Assembly: GCA_035504075.1 (NCBI GenBank)
Contig: DATJSO010000022.1
Location: 697 to 64,696, forward strand
DNA length: 64,000 bases
Source of the DNA: Stellaceae bacterium
Lineage (GTDB): Bacteria; Pseudomonadota; Alphaproteobacteria; ATCC43930; CGMCC-115725
Reading direction: 5' to 3'
The translations under genes were made by a program, and so were the position numbers. Shown piece after piece: positions 1-9,655 of the stretch; position 1 is the stretch's first letter; each line of letters opens with the position of its first letter. Below the pieces are notes generated by a model. The model did no database searches, had not been told where the DNA came from, and saw only the letters and a program-made list of their open reading frames with translations.

Positions 1-1374
1 GGCTCCTCGATGTGGGTCAAGATGGGCGTCACGAAGGCGGGCAAGATCACCGCCGCCGAAGGCGTCTTCAAGTTTCAGGCCGGTGCCTTCCCGGGTTCGC
101 CCGTCATGAACGCCTGCCTGTGCGCGTTTGCCCCCTACGCGATCGAGAACGCCCATACGACCGGCTACGACGTTGTCTGCAACCGGCCGAAATCGGCCGC
201 CTATCGCGCGCCCGGCTCGCCGATCTCGGCATTCGCGGTCGAGAGCGTCGTCGACATGCTGGCGAAAAGGATCGGCATGGACCCGGCCGAGCTTCGCCGC
301 AAGAACGCGGCCGGCCCCGGCACGCCGATGATCTACGGGCCGAAGCTGGCGCATGGCGGCTACATCGAGACGCTCGAAGCCTGCATGAACCACCCCGGCT
401 ACAAGAAGCCGCTGGGACCCAATCAGGGGCGCGGCGTCGCTTCGGGATACTGGTTTAACGGCGGCGGCGAATCGAGCGCCAGCGTGCAGATCAACGCCGA
501 CGGCACGATCCTGGTCGCGACCGGCAGCCCCGATATCGGCGGCTCGCGCGCCTCGATGGCACTGATGGCGGCCGAAACATTTGGGGTCGATTACAGCCAG
601 GTGCGGGCGATCGTCGCCGACACCGCTTCGATCGGCTACACCCATGTGACCGGCGGCTCGCGCGTTACGTTCGCGACCGGCATGGCGGTCGTCGAAACCT
701 GCAAAAAGCTGGTCGATGAACTTCGCGCCCGAGCCGCGATGATCTGGGGCGTCGATCCCGACGGCGTCGTCTGGGAGGACGGCTGTGCCAAACCGGCTTC
801 CAGCAATGTCGGCGACTTCAAGCCGATGCCGCTCAAGGAGATCGCAGCCAAAGCGGCATTGACCGGGGGCCCGTTGACCGCCGCGTCGTCGGTTAACGCC
901 GGCGGCCAGGCGCCCGGCTTCTCAACGCAGTTCTGCGATGTCGAGGTCGATCCGGAAACTGGCAAGGTGACGATCCTGCGGTTTGTCGTCGCGCAGGACG
1001 CCGGCAAGGCGATCCACCCGTCCTATGTAGAGGGGCAGATGCAGGGCGGCGTCGTGCAGGGCATCGGCTGGGCTCTGAACGAGGAATACATCTACGACCA
1101 GAAGGGTCGGCTCGATAATGCCGGATTCCTCGATTACCGCTGCCCGGTCGCCTCCGATCTCCCGATGATCGACACGATCGTCGTCGAGGTGCCCAACCCG
1201 GCGCATCCCTACGGCGCCAAGGGCGTCGGCGAAGTCAACATCTGCCCGCCGATGGCGGCGATCGCCAACGCGATCGAAAACGCGATCGGCCGGCGGCTGA
1301 CCGAACTGCCGATGTCGCCGCCGAAGGTGCTGGCCGCGCTCGACGCGGAGCAGCCGAAGCTGGCGGCGGACTGA
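1..1374 (+). CDS. Xanthine dehydrogenase/aldehyde oxidase/CoxL-family molybdopterin-binding subunit, C-terminal part (5' end outside window)
   Basis: Frame 1 is open from base 1. Motifs GSPDIGGSRAS, VVAQDAGKAIHP..EGQMQGGVVQGIGWALNEE and YGAKGVGE are typical of the MoCo-binding large subunit C-terminal domains. Confidence 0.8.
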   Translation, partial: GSSMWVKMGVTKAGKITAAEGVFKFQAGAFPGSPVMNACLCAFAPYAIENAHTTGYDVVCNRPKSAAYRAPGSPISAFAVESVVDMLAKRIGMDPAELRRKNAAGPGTPMIYGPKLAHGGYIETLEACMNHPGYKKPLGPNQGRGVASGYWFNGGGESSASVQINADGTILVATGSPDIGGSRASMALMAAETFGVDYSQVRAIVADTASIGYTHVTGGSRVTFATGMAVVETCKKLVDELRARAAMIWGVDPDGVVWEDGCAKPASSNVGDFKPMPLKEIAAKAALTGGPLTAASSVNAGGQAPGFSTQFCDVEVDPETGKVTILRFVVAQDAGKAIHPSYVEGQMQGGVVQGIGWALNEEYIYDQKGRLDNAGFLDYRCPVASDLPMIDTIVVEVPNPAHPYGAKGVGEVNICPPMAAIANAIENAIGRRLTELPMSPPKVLAALDAEQPKLAAD

Positions 1375-1384
1375 CCCCGGCAAG

Positions 1385-1466
1385 GTCGTTGCGAGCGCAG
1401 CGCCGCAATCCGGTGCCGAATCGGCAACGGCTGATCCGGATTGCGTCGCCGCCGCCTCGCAATGAC
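1385..1466. repeat. REP-like imperfect palindromic intergenic element (GTCGTTGCGAGCGCAGCGCCGCAATCCGG ... CCGGATTGCGTCGCCGCCGCCTCGCAATGAC)
   Basis: Two about 30-nt arms are imperfectly reverse-complementary around a roughly 20-nt loop. From memory it resembles the 'gtcattgcgagcg..gcaatcc' REP family common in Bradyrhizobiaceae genomes. Confidence 0.5.
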
Positions 1467-1490
1467 GCCGCCAAACGGGAAAGAGCACCG

Positions 1491-1748
1491 ATGACCCTCG
1501 CGCATGTCGTTCTGTCGAGCGGCTTCAGCCGCCGCTACACCGGTGGCGCGCGCGAGTTCGACATCGAAGCGAAGACGATGCGCGACGTGCTGAAAGAGCT
1601 CGACCGGCGCTTTCCCGGCCTCGGCGAGCATCTCGAGGAAGAGACGACGGTCGCGATCGACGGCGAGATCCACGATCAGCCGACCTATTTCCAGGTATTG
1701 CGGCCGGGCAGCGAAATCTTCTTCATCCCCAAGCTGGAAGGCGGCTGA
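1491..1748 (+). CDS. MoaD/ThiS-family ubiquitin-fold (beta-grasp) sulfur-carrier-like protein, 85 aa, C-terminal Gly-Gly
   Basis: ATG at 1491 follows GGGAAAGAG. The protein MTLAHVVLSS...IFFIPKLEGG ends in GG immediately before the stop. Size and pattern fit the MoaD/ThiS family. Confidence 0.65.
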   Translation: MTLAHVVLSSGFSRRYTGGAREFDIEAKTMRDVLKELDRRFPGLGEHLEEETTVAIDGEIHDQPTYFQVLRPGSEIFFIPKLEGG

Positions 1749-1908
1749 CGCGGGGGCTGTGGCGACGGCAGGAGATGCGGCGAAGAGTTCGAATGGTTGC
1801 CGGTCACAGTTGGCGACGATTTTGCAACCTTGATCGGTTAGGATGATCGCGAACGCCGGGCGTTCATCGGCGATGGGCGGCAATTGTCACCTGGGGAACG
1901 GTGGCGCA

Positions 1909-3306
1909 ATGCAGCGCAGGCTTTTCGGAACGGACGGCATCCGAGGCACGGCCAACAGCGAACCGATGACACCGGAAACGGCGCTCAGGGTCGCGATGGC
2001 GGTAGGCGAGTGCTTTCACAACGGCAATCACAAGCACCTCGTCGTCATCGGCAAGGATACGCGGCTGTCGGGCTATATGCTCGAACCGGCGCTGACCGCC
2101 GGCTTTATCACGATGGGCATGGATGTCGTGCTGATCGGGCCGTTGCCGACGCCGGCGATCGCGATGCTGACGCGCAGCCTGCGTGCCGATATCGGCGTCA
2201 TGATCTCGGCCTCGCACAATCCGTTTGCCGATAACGGCATCAAACTGTTCGGGCCGGACGGCTACAAATTATCCGATGAACTCGAGGCGCAGATCGAAGA
2301 GAGCCTTGAGAGCGGGCCGCGGCGCCGTGCGGCGCCGAACGAACTCGGGCGGGCAAAGCGCCTGGAGGATGCCGGGGGCCGCTACATCGAATTCGTCAAG
2401 CAGAGTTTTCCGAAAGGGCTGCGGCTCGACGGGCTGCGGGTTGTCGTCGATTGCGCCCATGGTGCCGCCTATAAAGTCGCGCCGACCGTGTTCTGGGAAC
2501 TGGGGGCCGAGGTGTTCTCGGTTGGCGTGTCGCCCGACGGCCTCAACATCAACCGCGATTGCGGCGCGTTGTCGCCCGAGCAGATGCGCCGCGAAGTCCT
2601 GGCGCGCCGCGCCGATATCGGCATCGCGCTCGACGGCGATGCCGACCGGCTCATCGTCGCCGACGAGCGCGGCGTCATTCTCGACGGCGACCAGCTGATG
2701 GGGCTCATCGCGCTGAGTCTGGCGCGCAGTGAGCGCCTCGAAGGCGGCGCGCTGGTCGCCACCGTCATGTCCAATCTCGGCCTTGAACGCTGCCTCGCGG
2801 GGCGCGGCATCGCGATGCACCGCACCGCGGTCGGCGACCGCTACGTCGTCGAGCGGATGCGCGCGCTCGGCTGCAATCTCGGCGGCGAGCAATCCGGCCA
2901 CATCATCTTGAGCGATTATGCGACGACCGGCGACGGCTTGATCGCCGCCTTGCAGGTGCTGGCGGCGATCGTCGAGACGGGGCACCAGGCGAGCGAGGTT
3001 TGCCGCGTGTTCGATCCGGTGCCGCAACTGCTGCGCAATGTCCGCTTCGGCAGCGGCCGGCCGCTCGAATCGCGCCATGTGCAGCGCGCGGTTGCCGAAG
3101 CCGAGGCGCGGCTCGGCCAGGCCGGGCGGCTCGTTATCCGCAATTCCGGCACCGAGCCGGTCATCCGCGTCATGGCACAGGGCGAGGATGAGGAGCTTCT
3201 CGCCGGCGTCGTCGACGAGATCTGCGCCGCGATCCTGGCGGCGGCGCACGGCGCCGAGGCGATCGAGGCGCCGATCAAGGTCGTGCCTGTGCAGGCTGCG
3301 GAGTGA
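1909..3306 (+). CDS. glmM: Phosphoglucosamine mutase
   Basis: [14 protein letters not shown]-terminus, the active-site motif ISASHNP, and full-length similarity to GlmM. Confidence 0.95.
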   Translation: MQRRLFGTDGIRGTANSEPMTPETALRVAMAVGECFHNGNHKHLVVIGKDTRLSGYMLEPALTAGFITMGMDVVLIGPLPTPAIAMLTRSLRADIGVMISASHNPFADNGIKLFGPDGYKLSDELEAQIEESLESGPRRRAAPNELGRAKRLEDAGGRYIEFVKQSFPKGLRLDGLRVVVDCAHGAAYKVAPTVFWELGAEVFSVGVSPDGLNINRDCGALSPEQMRREVLARRADIGIALDGDADRLIVADERGVILDGDQLMGLIALSLARSERLEGGALVATVMSNLGLERCLAGRGIAMHRTAVGDRYVVERMRALGCNLGGEQSGHIILSDYATTGDGLIAALQVLAAIVETGHQASEVCRVFDPVPQLLRNVRFGSGRPLESRHVQRAVAEAEARLGQAGRLVIRNSGTEPVIRVMAQGEDEELLAGVVDEICAAILAAAHGAEAIEAPIKVVPVQAAE

Positions 3307-3321
3307 TGTGAGGCCGGTGCG

Positions 3322-4134
3322 ATGCGCGGCCGGGTGCTGATCGTCGCCGGTTCGGATTCGGGCGGCGGCGCCGGCATCCAGGCCGATATCAAGACCGTAA
3401 CGATGCTGGGTGCGTTCGCCGCAACCGCCGTTACCGCATTGACCGCGCAGAATACACTGGGCGTTTTCGGCGTCTTGCCGGTCGCGCCGGATTTCATCCG
3501 GCAGCAGATCGCCGTCGTGCTCGACGACATTGGCGCCGATGCGGTCAAGACCGGCATGCTGCATGACGGCGCGGTCATCGCGACGGTCGCCGACGTGCTG
3601 GCGGCGCGCGCGGCCGACGTGCCGCTCGTTGTCGATCCCGTCATGGTCGCCAAGGGCGGCGCGCCGCTGATCGAGCCGGAGGCGATCGACGCGCTGAAGC
3701 GGCTGCTGATCCCGCGCGCCGGCGTCCTCACCCCGAACCTGCCGGAAGCCGAGATCCTCCTCGGCCGCCCGATCGCCGATCTGGCCGCGATGCGGCGCGC
3801 CGCCGATGAATTGTTGGCGCTCGGCTGCGACGCGGTGTTACTGAAGGGCGGTCATCTCGCCGGCGAGGCGTTGCACGATGTGCTGGCGACGCCGGCCGGC
3901 CAACGCGTGTGGGACGGCCGGCGCATCGACACGCGCCACACCCACGGCACCGGCTGCACGCTTGCTTCGGCGATCGCGACGGGCCTCGCGCAAGGTCTCG
4001 CGATCGCAACGGCAGTCGAGCGAGCGCGCGAATACGTCCGCCGCGCGATCCTCGACGCCCCCGGCCTCGGCCGCGGCCACGGCCCGCTCGATCACGCCCA
4101 CCCCTTGCGGGAGCATCGCAGCGATGCAGCTTGA
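3322..4134 (+). CDS. thiD: Hydroxymethylpyrimidine/phosphomethylpyrimidine kinase
   Basis: VLIVAGSDSGGGAGIQADIKT N-terminus and the HGTGCTLASAIA motif; 270 aa. Confidence 0.9.
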   Translation: MRGRVLIVAGSDSGGGAGIQADIKTVTMLGAFAATAVTALTAQNTLGVFGVLPVAPDFIRQQIAVVLDDIGADAVKTGMLHDGAVIATVADVLAARAADVPLVVDPVMVAKGGAPLIEPEAIDALKRLLIPRAGVLTPNLPEAEILLGRPIADLAAMRRAADELLALGCDAVLLKGGHLAGEALHDVLATPAGQRVWDGRRIDTRHTHGTGCTLASAIATGLAQGLAIATAVERAREYVRRAILDAPGLGRGHGPLDHAHPLREHRSDAA

Positions 4135-5011
4135 GTTCGTGACCGTCGACGTCTTTACCAATCGCCGCTTCGACGGCAACCCGCTGGCGGTCGTCCCGCG
4201 GGCCGACGGCCTCTCGACCGAGCAGATGCAGGCGATCGCCGGTGAGTTCAACCTGTCGGAAACAACGTTTGTTTTGCCGCCGACGGACCCGGCACACACC
4301 GCGGGAGTGCGCATCTTCACGCCGAAATTTGAGATGCCGTTTGCCGGGCATCCGAACGTCGGCACCGCCTTCGTCGTCGGCCGGCAGGGCCGCGGTGATC
4401 GGCTCGTTTTCGAGGAGAAGGCGGGGCTGGTGCCGCTCGAATTGATGCGAGAGCAGGGCGCCGTTGTCGGCGCGCGGCTCACCGCGCCGCAGCCGCTGCA
4501 GCGCGGCGAAGACGACGTCTACAGCGACATCATCGCCGCCGCCTGCGGCCTCGATGTCGGCGACATCGAAACCCGCAACCATATGCCGTGCATCGCCGGC
4601 TGCGGCACGCCCTTCGTCTTCGCCGAGGTAAAGGACCTAGCCGCACTGGCGCGCGCGACGCCGCACGCCGAGGTGTTCGCGCGCTCCTTTCCGGTCGGCG
4701 CAGCGACCGGCATCCACATTTACAGCCGCGACGGCGACGCCGGGATCGACATCCGGGCGCGGATGTTCGCGCCATTGCACGGCGTCCCCGAGGACCCGGC
4801 GACCGGCAGCGCCAATCTCGCGCTGGCCGGCCTGTTGGCGAGCCTGCGCCCCGAGCCTGATTTCGATCTGCGCGTGCGCATTGCGCAGGGTGTGGAAATG
4901 GGCCGCCCAAGCCTGATGGAGGCCGAGGCCGACAAGCGGGATGGCCGCGTCGGCACGACCCGCATCGGCGGGCGCTGTGTGCCGGTCATGCGCGGCACGA
5001 TCGAGGTTTAA
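4124..5011 (+). CDS. PhzF-family isomerase
   Basis: MQLEFVTVDVFTNRRFDGNPLAVV start is typical of PhzF/YddE. About 295 aa; overlaps the thiD stop by 11 nt. Confidence 0.85.
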   Translation: MQLEFVTVDVFTNRRFDGNPLAVVPRADGLSTEQMQAIAGEFNLSETTFVLPPTDPAHTAGVRIFTPKFEMPFAGHPNVGTAFVVGRQGRGDRLVFEEKAGLVPLELMREQGAVVGARLTAPQPLQRGEDDVYSDIIAAACGLDVGDIETRNHMPCIAGCGTPFVFAEVKDLAALARATPHAEVFARSFPVGAATGIHIYSRDGDAGIDIRARMFAPLHGVPEDPATGSANLALAGLLASLRPEPDFDLRVRIAQGVEMGRPSLMEAEADKRDGRVGTTRIGGRCVPVMRGTIEV

Positions 5012-5376
5012 AGCGGTGCCTCGGCCGAATCGTCACCGTCGAGCAGCGGCGCCCATTGCGGACGCAGGTCGCTGAGCCGCATCGCCGGCGCGGCATCCTG
5101 ATACAGCAGACGCGCCTCGGCGGCAGGGCCGCGCCGCACCCCGAGTGCTGCAACCCGCACCGTGCGTTGCCAGCCGCCCTGCGGCAGCACGACGACATCA
5201 CCGACCCTGACCGCCTGATTGGCCTTCGCGACCGCGACCCCGTTCAGCGTCACCGCGCCGGCCGCGCACAGCCGGCCGGCGAGCGAGCGGCTTTTGGCGA
5301 GACGGGCAAACCACAACCACTGGTCGAGGCGCGTCCTTGCGCGCTCCGGTGCGGCGCGCAGCGGGTCGATGATCAA
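5008..5376 (-). CDS. S4-domain RNA-binding protein (Hsp15/HslR-like)
   Basis: RLDQWLWFARLAKSRSLAGRLCAAGAVTLNG is an S4 motif. A TTG start overlaps the stop of the upstream helicase gene (TTGA). Confidence 0.7.
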   Translation of the reverse strand: MIIDPLRAAPERARTRLDQWLWFARLAKSRSLAGRLCAAGAVTLNGVAVAKANQAVRVGDVVVLPQGGWQRTVRVAALGVRRGPAAEARLLYQDAAPAMRLSDLRPQWAPLLDGDDSAEAPL

Positions 5377-7898
5377 GCGAATTTCAGCTCCTTCAGCTTG
5401 GCGAAAGGGTGGCCTTCGTGCGGCTTGCGCGCCGCGCTCTGTCCCGCCGCATGGCGGCGCGGCCGGGCGACGAAGAATTCCGCGCCGTCCTCGATGACCG
5501 CCCGGTAGCCGAGCGCCAGCATCATTGGCCGCAACTCCTCAGTCCTGACCCCGGCGAGCGCCGCCAACTCGGCATCGGCGACAAAGCGGCCGGCGCGGGC
5601 GCGCTGGCGCGCCGCCTGCGCGAGGCGTTCCAGCCGGTCCGGGCGCACCGCCATGCCGCCGAGGATGCGGCGGCCGATCGCCGCGTAAAACGATTGCGGC
5701 AGGAAGGGATCGACGGTGATCGCCCGGCCGCGGTGCCGCGAACCCGGCAATGACGGCGGCGCGCGGCCATGGTGCACCCCCCACAGCAGCGCGCGGAAGC
5801 GCACCGCGTCGGCGCCGAGCAGCGGATCAATGTAAATCGTCTCGGTGCCGAACCGCACGCCGAGGCGGCTCATTGCGCGTCGGCTCGCTGCGTCGATGGC
5901 TTTGGGCGGTGTCGCGAGATCGGCGACTGCCAGGCAGCCGAGCGAGTCGGCCAGCTGGAATGCGAGGCCGCGCGCGATGCCGGCAAGCGGCAAGGCCTGT
6001 GCCGCAAATAACGGCGCCAGGCGCCGCTCGATCTCGCCCCTGGCGAACAGATGCAGGCGCTGCCGCACGCGCTCCTTCGCCTCGCCATCGAGAAAATCGC
6101 CGCCGCGCACCTCGACGCGCGGCGCCAGCACGCTCTCGCCGGCGGCAAGCCTGCCGACCGCGGCGCCGCGCCACAAGACGCCGCCGTCGGGATCGAGCAC
6201 GAACGCGTCGTCGGCGTCGGCGGCGAGCCGCCGCGCCTGCGCCGCCACCTCGCCGCGCAATACCCGGTTGGCGGCCGTCAACAGCATGCGGGCGGCCTCG
6301 CCGGCCTCGGCGTCCGGCAGAAAACAGAACCCGTCGAGCCGGCCGACATAGCTGCCTTCGACCAGCACTCCGCCATCCTTGTCCACCGATGCGAGGAGCT
6401 CGCCGGCGCCCTCGAGATGGCGGACGAGGAACGCCGCCCGGCGATCGACAAAGCGCTGCGTGATGCGGTCGTGCAGCGCGTCGGACAGCCGGTCCTCGAT
6501 GCCGCGGGCCCGTTCCTGCCAGTCGGCCGCGCCGTCGATCCAGTCGGGGCGGTGGGTGATGTAGGTCCATGTGCGGATATGCGCGATGCGCGCCATCAGC
6601 GTGTCGATATCGCCGTCGAGCCGGTCGAGCTGCGCCATCTGCGCGCCGACCCAGGCGCTCGGCAGCCGTTCCGCCGGTCCGGCCAAATGGCCGAAACACT
6701 GCGCCAGAAAGCGCGCATGGCTGTCGCTCATGACCTTGCGGAAGTCGGGGATCTGGCAGACCTCCCACAGCAGCCGCACGGCGCCCGGGTGGCGGGCCAG
6801 CGCCGCAACCTCGGCGTTGCGCGCGAGCGATTGCAGCGCGCGGTGGTCGTCGGCGTCGCGCACCTGTACGAGGCCCGGCTGCGGCGGCCGCTCGTCGAGG
6901 CTCTGCAGCAGCGCGCCGACCGTGTGGAAATGGAGCCGTGTGTTGCGCCACGACAGGCGGGTCAAGGGCGCGAAACGGTGCTCCTCGACCGCCGCAACCA
7001 CCGTGGGGTCGAGCGGCCCCTCGTCGGCCGTCGTGCCGAACGTGCCGTCGGCCATGTGGCGGCCGGCGCGGCCGGCAATCTGGCCGATCTCGGCCGCCGT
7101 CAGGCGCCGTGGCCCGCGGCCGTCGAATTTCGCGAGGCTGGCGAACGCGACATGGTCGAGGTCCATGTTGAGGCCCATGCCGATCGCATCGGTGGCGACG
7201 AGGTAATCGACTTCGCCGGCCTGGAACATGCCCACCTGCGCGTTGCGCGCGCGGGGCGACAGAGCGCCCATAACGACTGCGGTGCCGCCGCGCTGCCGCC
7301 GCACCAGCTCGGCGAGCGAGAACACGTCGGCAAGGCTGAAGGCGACGACGGCGCTGCGGCGCGGCAGCCGCGTCACCTTTTTGTGGCCGGTGTGGCGCAA
7401 CGTCGAGAAGCGCGGCCGCGAGACGAATTCGGCATCGGGCACGAGCCGGCGCATCAACGGGCGGATCGTGTCGGCGCCAAGAAACATCGTTTCGCTGAGG
7501 CCGCGCGCATGCAGGAGGCGGGCGGTAAAGACATGACCGCGCTCGGGGTCGGCGCACAGCTGAATTTCATCGACGGCGAGAAATTCGACTGGCCGGTCAA
7601 GCGGCATCGACTCGACCGTGCAGACGAAATAGGCCGGGTTGGGCGGCAGGATTTTTTCTTCGCCGGTGATGAGCGCGACCGCCCACGCGCCTTTGAGCCG
7701 CACGACCCGGTCGTAGTTTTCGCGCGCCAGAAGGCGCAGCGGAAATCCGATCATGCCCGACTGGTGGTCGAGCATGCGCTCGATCGCGAGATGCGTTTTG
7801 CCGGTGTTGGTCGGCCCGAGAACGGCGACGAGCCGCGGCGCCCGGGCGCCCGAAGCAGAATACGGTGAAGCGCGCGGTCCGGACCGGAGCGTGGCCAT
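5373..7898 (-). CDS. Superfamily-2 ATP-dependent helicase (SUV3-like 'helicase-related protein')
   Basis: Walker A GPTNTGKT, DEIQ box and ATDAIGMGLN/GRAGR motifs. I start it at ATG 7898 (MATLRSG...) rather than at the longer ORF start at 8081. Confidence 0.8.
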   Translation of the reverse strand: MATLRSGPRASPYSASGARAPRLVAVLGPTNTGKTHLAIERMLDHQSGMIGFPLRLLARENYDRVVRLKGAWAVALITGEEKILPPNPAYFVCTVESMPLDRPVEFLAVDEIQLCADPERGHVFTARLLHARGLSETMFLGADTIRPLMRRLVPDAEFVSRPRFSTLRHTGHKKVTRLPRRSAVVAFSLADVFSLAELVRRQRGGTAVVMGALSPRARNAQVGMFQAGEVDYLVATDAIGMGLNMDLDHVAFASLAKFDGRGPRRLTAAEIGQIAGRAGRHMADGTFGTTADEGPLDPTVVAAVEEHRFAPLTRLSWRNTRLHFHTVGALLQSLDERPPQPGLVQVRDADDHRALQSLARNAEVAALARHPGAVRLLWEVCQIPDFRKVMSDSHARFLAQCFGHLAGPAERLPSAWVGAQMAQLDRLDGDIDTLMARIAHIRTWTYITHRPDWIDGAADWQERARGIEDRLSDALHDRITQRFVDRRAAFLVRHLEGAGELLASVDKDGGVLVEGSYVGRLDGFCFLPDAEAGEAARMLLTAANRVLRGEVAAQARRLAADADDAFVLDPDGGVLWRGAAVGRLAAGESVLAPRVEVRGGDFLDGEAKERVRQRLHLFARGEIERRLAPLFAAQALPLAGIARGLAFQLADSLGCLAVADLATPPKAIDAASRRAMSRLGVRFGTETIYIDPLLGADAVRFRALLWGVHHGRAPPSLPGSRHRGRAITVDPFLPQSFYAAIGRRILGGMAVRPDRLERLAQAARQRARAGRFVADAELAALAGVRTEELRPMMLALGYRAVIEDGAEFFVARPRRHAAGQSAARKPHEGHPFAKLKELKFA

Positions 7899-8080
7899 GC
7901 GTCTAAAGTGCGTCGGCGGCGCGCCGAGGGCAAGACCCAACCTGCCGCGGCGATCGCCGACGCCGCAATGTGAAATCCCGTCAGGGTGGCCAAATCGCCC
8001 GTCCAACCTCGATCCGCCGCCGACGGGATTGCCTGGCTCGTAGAAATCGTCAGAATCGGTCCGAATGCCGGGGGCGCCCA

Positions 8081-8677
8081 ATGATCGATTTCTGGTTTTC
8101 GGTCGGCAGCACCTACACCTACCTGACCGTCATGCGCCTCGCCGATGTCGAACAGGCGACGGGGATCACGTTTCGCTGGCGGCCGTTTTCGGTGCGTCAG
8201 ATCATGATTGAGATGGACAACATCCCGTTCCGCACAAAGCCGGTCAAAGCCGCCCATATGTGGCGCGATATCGAACGGCGGGCAGCGATGTACGGCCTGC
8301 CCGCACGGGTTCCGGCGTCCTACCCGCTGAAGGAATGGGATGTCGCGAACCGCGTGGCGGTGCTTGGCGCTGCCGAGGGATGGGCTGCCGAATATGCGCG
8401 CGCTACCTATCGGCGCTGGTTCGTCGACGGGCTGGAGCCCGGCAGCGAGCCGAACCTGTCGGACAGCCTCGCTGAGATCGGCCAGGACCCGGTACGGGTA
8501 TTGACGCTCGCGGCCGCGTCCAAAACCGCCTCGGCCTACGAGGCCGCGACAAACGAGGCGCGTGGGCTGGGCATTTTCGGGTCGCCCAGTTTTATCGTCG
8601 ACCGGGAGCTGTTCTGGGGTGACGATCGCCTCAACGACGCCATCACCTGGTATCGGCGCGGAACCCTGGCGCCGTAG
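8081..8677 (+). CDS. 2-hydroxychromene-2-carboxylate isomerase / DsbA-like thioredoxin-fold protein
   Basis: MIDFWFSVGSTYTYL N-terminus and the C-terminal GIFGSPSFIVDRELFWGDDRL are typical of the HCCA isomerase (NahD-like) family. Confidence 0.75.
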   Translation: MIDFWFSVGSTYTYLTVMRLADVEQATGITFRWRPFSVRQIMIEMDNIPFRTKPVKAAHMWRDIERRAAMYGLPARVPASYPLKEWDVANRVAVLGAAEGWAAEYARATYRRWFVDGLEPGSEPNLSDSLAEIGQDPVRVLTLAAASKTASAYEAATNEARGLGIFGSPSFIVDRELFWGDDRLNDAITWYRRGTLAP

Positions 8678-8837
8678 GCCTGCTGACGGGCAACGGCCGT
8701 CGGTTTGCTTCAGTCCTCAGTTGACGGCACAGCGCCGGCACACGGACATTCAAACCGGCGCGCCGGGCGGGGTATAGTGCCAGGCCGGTTGTCTTGCGGC
8801 AACGGCAGGCATTCGCAGGATCGCGAGGAGGCGGCGT

Positions 8838-9653
8838 ATGGGCTGGCTCGACGGACAGGTGGCGCTGGTGACGGGCGGCGGCTCGGGGATCGGCCGCGCC
8901 GTCGTCACGCGCTTCATTGAAGAGGGCGCGCGGATCTGCGTCATGGAGCGGGTCGCCGCGCGCGGCGACGAATTGCGCCGTGAATTCGGCGACCGGCTGA
9001 TCGCGGTCGCCGGCGACGTGTCGCAGCTCGCCGACGACAAGCGCGCCGTCGCCGAAACCGTGCGCGCCTTTGGCCGGCTCGACGTGTTCGTCGGCAATGC
9101 CGGCATCTTCGACGTCTACGCCCCGGTCGAAGAAATGCCGGAGGAGCAGCTTTCCCGCGCCTTCGATGAACTCTTCGGGGTCAATGTCAAGGGCTTGCTG
9201 TTCGGCGCCCGCGCGGCATTGCCGGAACTGCGCAAAAGCAAGGGGTCGATGGTATTCACCGCCTCGGTCGCCGGCCTCAACTCGGGCGGCGGCGGCGTCA
9301 TCTACACGGCGTCAAAGCACGCCGTCGTCGGCCTCGTGCGCGAATTGGCGGTCGAGCTGGCGCCCGATATCCGGGTCAACGGCGTCGCGCCCGGCGGCAC
9401 GATGACCGATCTGCGCGGCCTTCAGTCGCTGGGCAATGACGACCGCTCGCAATTCGCCGCGCCCGACATGGCCGAGCGGCTGCGCGCCGGCAACCCGCTG
9501 CATTTGGCGCTGGAGCCGGCCGATCTCGCCGGCGCTTATCTGTATCTGTCGTCGCGCCGCGATGCGCGCGGCATCACCGGCCAGATCGTGACGGTCGATG
9601 CCGGGGGCCTGCTGCGCCAGCCGCGGCCGCGCTCGCCGCATGGAGGACGCTGA
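8838..9653 (+). CDS. Short-chain dehydrogenase, cis-dihydrodiol dehydrogenase-like (BphB/HcaB-like)
   Basis: [10 protein letters not shown] cofactor motif, YTASKHA catalytic YxxxK, and overall resemblance to BphB-type diol dehydrogenases. Confidence 0.8.
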   Translation: MGWLDGQVALVTGGGSGIGRAVVTRFIEEGARICVMERVAARGDELRREFGDRLIAVAGDVSQLADDKRAVAETVRAFGRLDVFVGNAGIFDVYAPVEEMPEEQLSRAFDELFGVNVKGLLFGARAALPELRKSKGSMVFTASVAGLNSGGGGVIYTASKHAVVGLVRELAVELAPDIRVNGVAPGGTMTDLRGLQSLGNDDRSQFAAPDMAERLRAGNPLHLALEPADLAGAYLYLSSRRDARGITGQIVTVDAGGLLRQPRPRSPHGGR

Positions 9654-9655
9654 CG

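Noticed and set aside
5827-7557. 576-aa Arg/Pro/Ala-rich ORF in another frame of the helicase gene. There are dozens of similar long ORFs overlapping real genes on both strands throughout the track, e.g. 2269-3564, 20879-22186, 26287-27522, 47256-48494 and 61194-63128.
   Set aside because: These are typical high-GC artefacts: stop codons are rare in off-frames. They have low-complexity R/A/P/G composition and no recognisable motifs, and each fully overlaps a gene with clear homology.
7899-8081. N-terminal 61-codon extension of the helicase ORF. Similar upstream extensions occur in the ORFs for glmM, phzF, ku, metG, tatD, mazG, dapB, gmd, the sensor kinase and the sulfatase.
   Set aside because: The conserved protein N-termini start at internal ATG/GTG codons, often with an SD-like sequence. 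The extensions are non-conserved-looking, and some overlap the neighbouring gene or the divergent promoter.
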